From NCBI GenBank assembly GCA_040954595.2, contig CM082577.2, forward strand, positions 6,845,846 to 6,909,845: a stretch of DNA of 64,000 nt. The letters are read 5' to 3'. Position numbers and translations under genes: made by a program. The stretch is from Balanoglossus misakiensis (taxonomy: Eukaryota; Animalia; Hemichordata). Shown one piece after another: positions 11,864-22,571 of the stretch. The first letter of the stretch is position 1, and every line of letters starts with the position of its first letter. The notes beneath the pieces were generated by a model. The model worked only from the letters and a program-made list of their open reading frames with translations. It searched no databases and had not been told where the DNA came from.

Positions 11864-13387
11864 TCACTCAGTTGATGCACTTTGCGCATTCTGTCGTACC
11901 TTGGTTAGGACCCTGAATCTCTCAGGACACAAAGTAAGCCCGTGCGTCATCTTCAACTTCGGATTCTCACCTGGGCACTTCTCAAAGGTACACTGCTGCA
12001 AAAGCAGCGTGATGAACAGAAAGAGCTCCATATGAGCCAACTGTTCTCCCGGACAGCGTCTTTTCCCGGCGGAGAAGGACATCAACTTTGCTGCCGTGGT
12101 TTTCTTCAGAGATTGTCCGTCTTCAGACAGAAAGCGCTCTGGGTTAAAATCGTCGGGGTTTTCCCACTCGGTTTCGTCGAAGTTTGCGGAATGGAGACAC
12201 GGGAAGACTGGGGTGTCCTTCGGAATAGCGTAGTTGTAAATCTGCGTGTCTTGTATCGTGGCGTGTGGTACGCTGAGAGGCACCAGTGAACTGTGGCGCA
12301 AAAGCTCGTGAATGATGGCATCCACGTAGGGAAGGTTTGGTCGGTCTTTGAGACTTGGTGAACGATCTCTCCCGATGACGCCGTCGATTTCTCGTCGGGC
12401 TCTTTCTTGGATGTGTGGGAAGACTATCATGTACAGGACGAACACGTACAGACTTCGTCCTACTGTGTCAAACCCGGCGCCACAAAGATCGAATAACACA
12501 CCGATCATGTCTTTGTCCGTTTGAATGAATCTGTCCCCGGTCTCGTGCTCTGACAACGCATTCTCGCGAATGCTCAACATATAGTCTACAATATCGTCAG
12601 CCGAGTCACTTTTCGGACGCACCTTGCGTTCCTGAACTCTCTTGTCAGCGAACTCCTCAAGAAGTTTCTTGAACTGTTCGAATTCCTTTTGCCCCCTGCT
12701 GGGCAAGTACCTGAAAACCGGCAGAAAATCAGCGATGTTCCCGCTGCCCGTGAGGTACTCCGTGATCTTTATAACGGCGCTTGCCATCTCCTTCACTTCT
12801 TGATTGTCGTGCCCGTAGTTCTCGTTGTACAGTATGAACAGGATCATATTAGCAACTGACAAATGGATGTCATCGTGAGGATCCATTGTATGGCTGCTGC
12901 CACCATTTGTCATAACACGGATCAACTCCCTCCCTTCGGCGATAATTTTATCTTCCATAACCTGTCGTCTGTCGCCCACAAATATTTTAAATGCAGAGCC
13001 GACGATTTTTCTCATTTCTACCCATTTCTCGTTGTACGAACTGAATATTATGTCGGTTCCATCCGCGTTCGCCCTCTCTATACTGAAGAACTTCGGTCTC
13101 CCAGCAAAGGCTACTGCTTTCTTCAGCAGGGCGTCGCGCACCGCCTTCATTCCGTGGAGCACGACTACATTCTGACTCCCAAGACGTACGCTGAAGACGT
13201 TACCGTACCTTTTAGCCATTTCCTTGAAGGTTTCGTGGGGTAGTTCACCGAGAGAGAAGAGGGAGCCAACAAGTGGCCATCCTCGAGGTCCAGGCATTCC
13301 GCGAAGAGTCGAGCTGCCCCGATCCCATGCATTCATTATCAGGTATGTGAGAACGGCTAAGAGCGCCACTAACCAATACGTCAACAT
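11864..13387 (-). CDS. Cytochrome P450, clan 2, CYP1-like (copy A), intronless, ~507 aa
   Basis: N-terminal TM anchor, PGPRGWPLVG hinge, WVEMR (WxxxR), I-helix GAGFDT, ELLR (ExxR), FNPERF, heme motif FSAGKRRCPG. ATG 13387 (MLTYW) is shared with the paralog. Confidence 0.95.
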   Translation of the reverse strand: MLTYWLVALLAVLTYLIMNAWDRGSSTLRGMPGPRGWPLVGSLFSLGELPHETFKEMAKRYGNVFSVRLGSQNVVVLHGMKAVRDALLKKAVAFAGRPKFFSIERANADGTDIIFSSYNEKWVEMRKIVGSAFKIFVGDRRQVMEDKIIAEGRELIRVMTNGGSSHTMDPHDDIHLSVANMILFILYNENYGHDNQEVKEMASAVIKITEYLTGSGNIADFLPVFRYLPSRGQKEFEQFKKLLEEFADKRVQERKVRPKSDSADDIVDYMLSIRENALSEHETGDRFIQTDKDMIGVLFDLCGAGFDTVGRSLYVFVLYMIVFPHIQERARREIDGVIGRDRSPSLKDRPNLPYVDAIIHELLRHSSLVPLSVPHATIQDTQIYNYAIPKDTPVFPCLHSANFDETEWENPDDFNPERFLSEDGQSLKKTTAAKLMSFSAGKRRCPGEQLAHMELFLFITLLLQQCTFEKCPGENPKLKMTHGLTLCPERFRVLTKVRQNAQSASTE

Positions 13388-14030
13388 GCTGCCTTCCTCT
13401 GTATTCGCCGCTTTTTTAAAAGCCAAGGTGTACACTACAGACATACACAGCACGACGGGCCTTCTAGATTAGTTGGAGTTCGTCAACGGAGGTCTGTAAT
13501 AACCGCGGATCTGAAAGTTATGTGTAGGCCAGGCTGTACACTGAACTATTCATTTGAAGGGGGTTTATTTAGTTTTACTATTTCAGCCATGTACTAAAAT
13601 AACAGAGAAAAATGTTTATTGAGATATGGGCATTGTTTTTACGACCTTGTTGAAATCATGTAGATGTTTCGGACCTCTTATTCAATTAGATATCATGTAA
13701 GATTTGACTTCCTAGCCAATCAGGTACATCATGTACTTAGGAGCGAATTTTATAACGCCTTTGAAGCTGTGTATCAATATTTGTGTTTGAGGAGTAGGTT
13801 CGGATTATGGAGAGAGATGAATGACAAGTACTTCGTTGGGAAATCAAAGGTTGTTCCTACTTTATTGTCCACATTCAGCTGTTTACATATACAAGTGAAC
13901 ATGACACTTTCATTGTTACAAACCTGTTAGAGATACATGTATATGTCTAAGAAATGTCACCTTCAACGTATTTTCTTTCGTAGTGTAAACTTCACAGGAT
14001 TTAAATGAATTTTGAAAGTCTGTCTTCCAC

Positions 14031-15551
14031 TCAGCCGCTTGAAACACCTTGCGCACGCTGCCTCGCCTTGGTTACTACTCTGTATCTGTCAATACGCAAA
14101 GTAAGCCCGTGCGTCATCTTCAACTTCGGATTCTCACCTGGGCACTTCTCAAAGGTACACTGCTGTAAAAGCAGCGTGATGAAGAGAAAGAGCTCCATAT
14201 GAGCCAACTGTTCGCCCGGACAGCGTCTTTTCCCGGCGGAGAAGGACATCAACTTTGCTGCCGTGGTTTTCTTCAGAGATTGTCCGTCTTCAGAAAGAAA
14301 ACGCTCTGGGTTAAAATCGTCGGGGTTTTCCCACTCAGTTTCGTCGAAGTTTGCGGAATGGAGACACGGGAAGACTGGGGTGTCCTTAGGAATAGCGTAG
14401 TTATAAATCTGCGTGTCTTGTATCGTGGAGTGCGGTACAGCGAGAGGCACAAGAGAACTGTGGCGCAAAAGCTCGTGAATTATGGCATCCACGTAGGGAA
14501 GGTTTGGTCGGTCTTTGAGACTTGGTGAACGATCTCTCCCGATGACGCCGTCGATCTCTCGTCGGGCTCTTTCTTGGATGCGTGGGAACACTATCATGTA
14601 CAGGACGAACGCATGCAGACTCCGTCCTACTGTGTCAAACCCGGCGCCACAAAGATTGTACAACACGCCAACCATGTCTTCGTCCTTCTGTATGTACCCA
14701 TCGCCTGTCTCTTTGGATAATGCATTCTTACGAATGCTCAACATATAGTCTATAAAATCTCTATCCCGGCCACTTTCTGGACGCGCCTTGCGTTTCTTAA
14801 GTCTGTCTTCAGAAATCTCGAGAAGCAGATCTTTGAAGCTTTCGAATTCATCCCGCGTTCTGGTGTGGAAGTATCTGCAAAGCGGCAGGAAGTCATCGAT
14901 ATTCCCACTTCCGGTCAGGTACCGAGTGATCTTGACGACGCTGCTAGCCATGCCTTTTATTTCTTGGTTGTCATGGCTGTAGTTCTCGTTAAACGACAGC
15001 AATAGTACGATGTTAGCAACCGACAGGTGGAGATCATCGTGGGGATCCATCGTACGACTTGTTCCACCATTCGTCAGAACCCGGATCAACTGTCTCCCTT
15101 CGGCGAGAATTCGATCTTCCATTACGCCTTGTCTGTCCCCAACAAATAGTTTAAGCCCAGACATGACGATCTTTCGCATCTCCATGCATTTCTTGGTGTA
15201 CGTACTGAACGTCACGTCGGTTTCACCCACATTCGCCCTCTCCAGGCTGAAGAACTTGGGTCTCCCAGCAAAGGCTACTGCTTTCTTCAGCAGGGCGTCG
15301 CGCACCGCCTTCATTCCGTGGAGCACGACTACATTCTGACTCCCAAGACGTACGCTGAAGACGTTGCCGTAGCTTTTGGCCATTTTCCTGAAGGTTTCGT
15401 GGGGTAGTTCACCGAGAGAGAAGAGGGAGCCAACAAGTGGCCATCCTCGAGGTCCAGGCATTCCGCGAAGAGTCGAGCTGCCCCGATCCCATGCAATCAT
15501 TATCAGGTACGTGAGAATGGCTAAGAGCGCCACTAACCAATACGTCAACAT
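14031..15551 (-). CDS. Cytochrome P450, clan 2, CYP1-like (copy B), intronless, ~506 aa
   Basis: Same motifs as copy A (GAGFDT, ELLR, PERF, FSAGKRRCPG); tandem paralog. AATAAA on minus at 13861-13866. Confidence 0.95.
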   Translation of the reverse strand: MLTYWLVALLAILTYLIMIAWDRGSSTLRGMPGPRGWPLVGSLFSLGELPHETFRKMAKSYGNVFSVRLGSQNVVVLHGMKAVRDALLKKAVAFAGRPKFFSLERANVGETDVTFSTYTKKCMEMRKIVMSGLKLFVGDRQGVMEDRILAEGRQLIRVLTNGGTSRTMDPHDDLHLSVANIVLLLSFNENYSHDNQEIKGMASSVVKITRYLTGSGNIDDFLPLCRYFHTRTRDEFESFKDLLLEISEDRLKKRKARPESGRDRDFIDYMLSIRKNALSKETGDGYIQKDEDMVGVLYNLCGAGFDTVGRSLHAFVLYMIVFPRIQERARREIDGVIGRDRSPSLKDRPNLPYVDAIIHELLRHSSLVPLAVPHSTIQDTQIYNYAIPKDTPVFPCLHSANFDETEWENPDDFNPERFLSEDGQSLKKTTAAKLMSFSAGKRRCPGEQLAHMELFLFITLLLQQCTFEKCPGENPKLKMTHGLTLRIDRYRVVTKARQRAQGVSSG

Positions 15552-16030
15552 GCTGCCTTCTTCGGTTTTCGCCGCTTTTGTATCGAGTCGAAGTGTACAG
15601 ACCACAGTCCTTCACTGCGCAATAATAAACGTCTAAATCTGAAAACGGTTTCCAGTAACGCCAGTGGTGTTTTGACCGCGTTGAATATCGCATCCGCTTT
15701 AAGTACCAACAGGAGCTGTCAGAAAGTTGTCCGAAATCAAATAACGAAATGTCAAGTCACGTGAAAGTAACAGAAGCTATTATCTGGGTTTTGATAATAA
15801 ACCATTTTGACGGAGATAAATCTTAAAGGTACTGGCTGGACGCAATTTGTCACGTATTTGAAACGGTGTTTACACATATAAGGCCTTGAAATTTTTGGTT
15901 GTTTTTTTATTTTTTTATCGAGAAGTATATGTAAATGAAAGCAGGGTCATAAATTTCGCTGTTATGATTCCTGTCAAACCAAAAAATGGCTCGGGGGGGG
16001 GGGGGGGCTTTTAGCTTTATGAAAAATTAA

Positions 16031-16649
16031 AGGGGAAATCCGCTGTAGCTGATTTCTACATAATTTGGTAGCTTTGATGTCTCTCTTTCAGAAAAAAACA
16101 TATTCGCCATGTATAGGTCGCGCGATTTTTTACAAAATCTAGGGAAAGTTGGCAGAATTTCCAATATGGCGTTTACTGTAATTTGAATCATGGGAAAAAA
16201 AGCGCCAGGACCAACTTCCGCCCACCTTGGAGTGGGTGATACCATTTTCCGATTGGTGTCACTGTGTCACAAGCTAAGCGTATTTGCATATTTCTCATGG
16301 GTTATAGCTCATGAAAACTGTCAATAGATGACAAATTTTCGACTTTGCTGATGATTGTTTATCAACTGATGCAAAGAACAAACAATAGCTATGAAAATAC
16401 GCCTAGTCTGTCGCCCAGTGACACCAATCGGAGAATGGTATCACCCACACCATGGTGGGCGGAAGTTGCTCCTGGCGCTTTTTTTCCCATGATTCAAATT
16501 ACAGTAAACGCCATATTGGAAATTCTGCCAACTTTCCCTAGATTTTGTAAAAAATCGCGCGACCTATACATGGCGAATATGTTTTTTTCTGAAAAAGAGA
16601 CATCAAAGCTACCAAATTATGTAGAAATCAGCTACAGCGGATTTCCCCT
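16031..16649. mobile_element. 619-bp palindromic MITE, Kolobok/T2-type (TTAA TSD, AGGGG termini)
   Basis: Near-perfect 234-bp inverted arms at 16031-16264 and 16416-16649. TTAA at 16027-16030 and 16650-16653. No transposase. Confidence 0.9.
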
Positions 16650-17786
16650 TTAAGTATCCTTAGTTTACCTTGAATGATATTGTCACAGAACTTTTTTGCG
16701 ATCCATCGATGAACATAGCTCTGTGTTTTGTGGAGTTTAGGTACCCAGTGTAAGCATTCTGACCTCAGCTTGGTTCTGCTATGAATGGCGCATGGTTTCT
16801 CGCATTTTGGGTTTTGATGAACATTGATTGTCTGCAAGTGAAGTTGTTGGGATGTCTTTGTAACACCAAAACAACCATCAATGAGACATTCAAAATAATA
16901 CTTCTTATTACTACAGACAAATACAATGTTGTTGGCAGCGGCCTGACAGACTCAGTGACGCATAAAGCAAACGCAAAATGATTGACAGCCTTCCTGGACA
17001 GTATGTTTTTCCTGTCCTTGAATAACCTTGGATGATTTATCAGGCTTTGCGTCATTGGCCCCACAAACAACAAAGATATTTCCACACGTTTTCTGTGATA
17101 CAAACAAAGGTCGTGCTGACCGACTTTGGGGGAGGAGAGCTCGTACTCGACCTGTTGTCAACGAAGTCGTGTGAGTTCTATCATGGAGCTACCACAGAAG
17201 GAGCAAGGACGCTATTGTTTCCTATGAGCCTTACCTGTGTCTTAATCTCTTCAAGTACCTCCATGCGCCATGGTTCTATATACATGGGGAAAGGGTGTGC
17301 GCGTGTGTGTGTGTGCGTGAAGAGGTTGCTCCTCCCTGGTACGGAAAATGCAATAATGTCATGAAAATGTGAAATGTCTCTTGCAATTTTGTTATGGTCG
17401 GTGGATATTGGAAGTTTTATGGGCAAACTTTAAACTTACTTTATTTTACTTCATTTTTAGCTAGGGTTAGAACAAATATCCGTCTTTTGTGGGGAACGTG
17501 GGGTACTTGTATGTCAAAGGTAAAGACATTCTCTGTCGCCTTTTCGCACTTCCAAATTTTCTTTTACAAGAGGGAGGTGGGCAAACGCAACGAAAGTACA
17601 TGTACTTGCATTTGTCGTGCGCGTGTTGTAAATTATCCACCCTGCACGACCCCTGACGTATCACTCAGGTCAGTCAGGTCAATGTGTGACGCCAGACTGG
17701 TACGTATCAACGTACACGTGATGCCTAGCTGCCCGCGATCTCGACCAGACTACAGAAGTGCCACGAACTTGTAATCTGTAAACATA

Positions 17787-18722
17787 ATGGCAACGGCAGA
17801 TTGTGGAAAAGAGAAAGCTCGACCCTCTGCCCGATATTTCGAGCATAAAGGTTTCTACTTCTCCTCCTACTTTGACCGGCAGAAGGTTGAAAACGATGCG
17901 TTGAGGACGTTTTTGTGGGAGGAAGGTGATGTTGTTGTTTGTGGATTTCCAAAGTCGGGGACAACCTGGCTGTGCTATTTGCTGCAGAACATGAAAGATT
18001 TCGGTGTTGTGCACTCCAATGAAAGAAGCGAGGCTTTAATGTTGGACTGGTTCTTGATAAACACCGGGAACGCTCGGACGGACATCCGTGGCACGTTGGC
18101 CCGTCGTTTCCAGGACGGTCAGCTCGACATTTCCTCACCTCGGTTGATGAAAACGCATCTACCACTTCCGGTGTTTCCTATGGAGGAGTCGAAGCGAAAG
18201 AACGTCAAAATCATTTACATTGCGAGGAACCCCAAAGATGTGGTTGTATCAACGTACCATTTTTATCAGGTAGTTTACGGGGGCTTTTATGCCGAAGAGT
18301 GGAAACCATCGCTTGAATCGTTTGTGAGTGGAGAGATGGTATACGGGCCTTGGCTGCAACACGTTATACAATGGAAGAAACTCAGTCTCAAGGACAACGT
18401 GCTACAAGTCAATTACGAAGAAATGAAAACAGACGTTCCACTGGTCATCCGTCGCCTCGCAAAATTCCTTGAAATCGGACTATGCGACGAGGCTGTGAGC
18501 AAAATCGCAATGGCCTGTTCTGCTGAAGAGATGAAGAAATGCGTACACAATTATTTCATAATGGACAAAGGCGTTCTGGACGATGAAACGAAATTCATAC
18601 GCAAAGGCGTCGTTGGCGACTGGAAGAACCAGTTCCTCGTCGCCCAAAGTGAACAGTTTGATGAAGAAATAGGGGCAAAATTGGAAGAGAATGGACTAGA
18701 ATTTAAGTATGAATTGCCTTGA
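17787..18722 (+). CDS. Cytosolic sulfotransferase (SULT1-like), intronless, 311 aa
   Basis: 5'-PSB loop FPKSGTTW, catalytic KTHLP, 3'-PB YIARNPKDVVVS.YHF, YGPW..HV..W, YEEMK, and RKGVVGDWKNQF. AATAAA at 19205. Confidence 0.95.
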   Translation: MATADCGKEKARPSARYFEHKGFYFSSYFDRQKVENDALRTFLWEEGDVVVCGFPKSGTTWLCYLLQNMKDFGVVHSNERSEALMLDWFLINTGNARTDIRGTLARRFQDGQLDISSPRLMKTHLPLPVFPMEESKRKNVKIIYIARNPKDVVVSTYHFYQVVYGGFYAEEWKPSLESFVSGEMVYGPWLQHVIQWKKLSLKDNVLQVNYEEMKTDVPLVIRRLAKFLEIGLCDEAVSKIAMACSAEEMKKCVHNYFIMDKGVLDDETKFIRKGVVGDWKNQFLVAQSEQFDEEIGAKLEENGLEFKYELP

Positions 18723-19356
18723 TCGGGAGGAGGGGCAAAGTGCACGTCATATCTACTACCAAAGTCACATCAGACATACATGTGTAAAGACACAAAATGC
18801 TGCTTTGCAGACTTTGCTTTAGAAGCTGCAACACTCCCAACAGCTAGGGATGTTCTAGTAATAGTACTGAGCACAGTAGGTTATGATAACTTTTAAACTG
18901 GCAAAATTTATCATGGAAATACCTCCATGAATCCCCATATCCAAAGTGTAGAAAAATGCGCCCTCTGCAGTTCAAAGTATGCGCATGTACGTTTTTACGT
19001 GCATGCCATATGAGGTGATGAGGCGTATCCGTACGTCAAGTCAAACAAATCTACTGAGACATTCTCTGAAAGTGGATTGATTACAGATCATTGAGGAACT
19101 GGAACTACATTTTTCGTAGCCTTTCACTCTAAAATTGGAGCTTATTTTAGTTGTATGCTCGTATCTAAGGGAAGTATAATCCCCCTTACGAAGTCCAAAG
19201 CCAAAATAAATCCACAGGTTACAGTTATGAACGAGTGCTAAAAGGGTTGGTTCTCAAATGATAAATTTATTCATGTCTTAACACCACCATAGACAGTATA
19301 TGACACCACTAAAGAGTGCCCATGATATTCTTTCACCTTACATGTCCTAATATATT

Positions 19357-19565
19357 ATGACTTTAGTTTAAAACGACTTCTCTGGTGAGATTAGAAAGCT
19401 TATACTTTTTCATAAAAAATCCCATAATCTAATGACTTTAGAATGAATTCTCTGGTAATAAAATTAGAAAGCTTAAAACTTTAAAAAAATAAACCATCCC
19501 CAACTCTAATGACTTTAAAACGAATTGTGCGATGAGGTAGGAAAGCTTGTACATTTTCCTGAAAA
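19357..19565. repeat. Degenerate ~76-bp tandem repeat, about 3 copies, in the GGH 3' UTR
   Basis: Units of the form atgacttta...gaaagctt start at 19357, 19432 and 19509. Confidence 0.75.
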
Positions 19566-19597
19566 TTTTCCACAGAAAGTAATTTGAGAGGAATTCT

Positions 19598-22374
19598 TCA
19601 GGTTCCAATGTAGTAGCATTGTTCAAAGCTTGTCGTATTGCCAGTGTATACAGGTGTGTAGTTGTAAATCAAAGCTGCCTCTTCTTCAGCTTGAGAAGGA
19701 AACTTGTGGGAGTTCTGTCGCGCTGTAAGAGAGAGAAACAGATTGTCACACACAGTGAAGTGACTTTGTATATTAAACATTGTGATATAAAGAATTATGA
19801 AATTTATTTTTGGGTGTTTCACAGAATTATACAAAGATACAATAAGAGCAGATATGAGAGCATCGGTCTGTGTTGTACGCATATACAGAAACATAACAGC
19901 CATAAATATATTACTGTAAACCATAATTTACAATAAAACATTTCTGCCAAACAAGTGTGTTTTTCTAATCAGTTGCTATGGCAACTATACCACTGTTGAA
20001 ATCTGAATTTGATGTAGGTAATGGGGCAAGTTAGAATTCTGGGCACCAGGTTTATGAAACGTCTACAGTTCAATGAAGACATCTTAGCTACCTTCCTGGA
20101 CACAGAAATTTGCCAAGTATTGTGATACGGCCACCGCATTCTTGGTGTGATTGATTTTTTCCTTGCTGGTCCATTCGAAAATGTTCTTTTCCGGGTGCCA
20201 CTGGACTCCATAGAATGGGTATTTGTACGCTGGAATTAGAACGTATAAAATATGTTCTTGTATGCAAAAAAATTAGCAATCAGTGGAAACATGTTTTCTG
20301 TGCCACCTAAGATTAATCATCTATACAATTTGATCAGAAAATCTTCCCCCAGACCTTAGATTTGTTGATATTATTGTGAAATCTGATATGTATTTTTGTG
20401 TCAACTTGTATCCATTTTTGGGGGTCAATAAATTGCGGTGAAAATTTGACCAAAAGTGGAACGCCCTTGATTGGGTTTATCAAGGTTTTCAGAATTAAAG
20501 AAAGTGTCAAATGAAATACACACAGTGGCTTATTACCTTCTATCATGGAAATAAACTCCAGCCCATTTTTGTCAAAGTTTGTTGAGATAACCCTAAAGAA
20601 GCTCTTCAACTTTGCATTTCTGGAATAATTCTGAGGGAAAAAACACATTTTTGTCTGAGTGGTAATCGAACAATCACTAGTTTTCATACCATACTGACTG
20701 CAGACAGCCTATAGTGACATTTCCTACTTATTACTTGTTTAATCATTCTAATCATACCAACGACTGAGTAATCACTACATGTAGTTACGATACTAATGAC
20801 ACATTCATACCTTTGGGGTCAATCCATTGTGGTGAGAATTGAATGTTACATTTTCTTTTTTCAATATTTCTATGATCTCATCTGGGGCCGATCCGAACAG
20901 CCTACTGGCTCTGAAGTCTGAAAGAAATACACAGAAAAGGAAAACAGAGAGAATCAGCAAAGGTAAAGACGGTGCCAAATTCTACATCTGATTTTATTCA
21001 GATTGAATGTGGTGTGTACATATGAAGATTGTGTCAATATTTTTAACTTCACAACAATATTCAAACACTATCCACAGACTAGACCTGAATAATTGGTCTA
21101 TTTACCTTTGGTGAAGTATACTGGATACGCGATATTTGTAGAGTTCGTATAGGCCAGCACATCCTCCCCAGCTGTAAGGTAGGTCAGGAGTTCAAAGCCG
21201 AGGCAAGTCCCCCACAGTGGGAAATAATCACCCTTGTCATTAGCCTGCAGGTTGGGAATTGACACATATTTCAAAAAGAAAGAAAGTAAGATGGGCCATT
21301 TCGCTACACAACACCAAACGGTGCTTCTCCCTTGCCAAATGGTTGAGGGCGCGTCAGTGAAGAGCCTTGTTGTAGCGAACCGTGGGCTGTGAGAGAGTCT
21401 AGATGGGCCATTGTTTCAAAAACAATTCTTACCTAATTCATGTGACCTGGCCACTCATTTTTATTTAAACATTATTAGATTTGAGGTCAGCAAGACGTAG
21501 TCGGTTACCTTACCTCGATCGCCAAGTCATAAAGTATACGTCCTGCTTTGCCATAACCAGAAGTGTCCAAATACTGGGATCCGCCCGGAAACAACACGCT
21601 AGATTTGTCAAAAAGACAATGTGTGTTATTTTGACAGATATTTAAAGCTTCATGCATAACTTCTTTTTGCAACGAATCTCAGATACCACCCAGTACTGCA
21701 GAAATTCTGCCAACTTACTACTACTTTCATGGTTCTTGTTCGTTTATCATCTTTCTTTTTAATAGTCGGACTGGTGTTTTAACTTGCTGAACAGTCAAAA
21801 TATTTTTTTCAGATGACTTACAATAAGATGCGTGTGATTATGATTGCTTTTAACCTTTTATATTTGAATGCACTATACTTACCCATTCAGTGAATTGAAC
21901 AGGTTGACATAGTAGTTTTGTGTTTGGTTGATAGCTATGGGTACAACCCTTGCTCCGGCCGTCTCTAGGAACTTGACATATGATGCAGCTATGTAGGAGG
22001 GACCTTGCTTGGCTTGCTCATCGTAGGTGGTCTGCGCTAAAACACCTTCAATTATAGAATAAAACATAGTGACTTTTCTCTGGTATTTGTAATTAATGGT
22101 AATCTTTCTTTCACATATTTGACTTTGTTCTTTATCTGTACTGTTTTGTCTATGTTTATACCCATGACTGTTGTGTGTTTGTCTTTAAAACAGTCGCAGT
22201 GATACAAGTTGTTGACTTAACCTGGGGCCTGTGAGCTGTGGTAGGGGTCAAGGAAACATAGAATACTTTACCTATTATTGGTCTGATGTTTGCCTCCTTG
22301 CCCTTGCAAACCACAGAAAACATGGAGAAAAACACAGGAATGGTGACTTGCCATCGAGAACCGCCAAAAAGCAT
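19598..22374 (-). CDS. GGH: Gamma-glutamyl hydrolase, ~317 aa. Exons 22374-22272, 22045-21883, 21598-21514, 21244-21106, 20917-20811, 20630-20537, 20229-20092, 19722-19598
   Basis: Eight in-phase GT-AG exons. Signal peptide, [35 protein letters not shown], catalytic Cys in [11 protein letters not shown], His-Glu in YGVQWHPEK, and ALIYNYTP. Confidence 0.95.
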
Positions 22375-22451
22375 CACTGAATGATGTTGCAAACTACTCT
22401 CCACAGTTCGCAATCACCACCAGCAAAAATATGCACCGGTATATTTACTTT

Positions 22452-22571
22452 GTCAGGTGACTCTCACGTGCCATGCTAAGGTCAGAAGTCACATGACTGT
22501 AACTTGTGTAACTTGGCAGCAAGCGTCCGATCGATCGTGGGTCGTCGTGGGAGTAAACACCAGACACGTGT
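22452..22571. promoter_or_regulatory. CLEAR/E-box cluster in the GGH promoter, possibly bidirectional
   Basis: GTCAGGTGAC at 22452, TCACGTG at 22464, GTCACATGAC at 22488 and ACACGTGT at 22564, in a CpG-rich patch directly upstream of GGH. Confidence 0.5.

Noticed and set aside
13388-13453. N-terminal extensions of the CYP ORFs (also 15552-15605)
   Set aside because: They begin at non-ATG codons in the ORF track. The shared ATG (MLTYW) directly precedes the membrane anchor.
15823-16026. TTAAAGGTAC, possible left end of a second Kolobok-like element
   Set aside because: No matching right terminus found.
16027-16653. Two near-identical ORFs on opposite strands (72 and 102 aa)
   Set aside because: Artefact of the MITE's inverted arms; no protein motif.
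17295-17320. GCGTG (XRE-like) cores between CYP-B and SULT
   Set aside because: Embedded in a GT microsatellite and too short to support AhR regulation.
19598-22374. GGH and FOXRED2 as members of the enzyme cluster
   Set aside because: Both are conserved intron-containing genes with known folate and ERAD roles; nothing beyond proximity links them.
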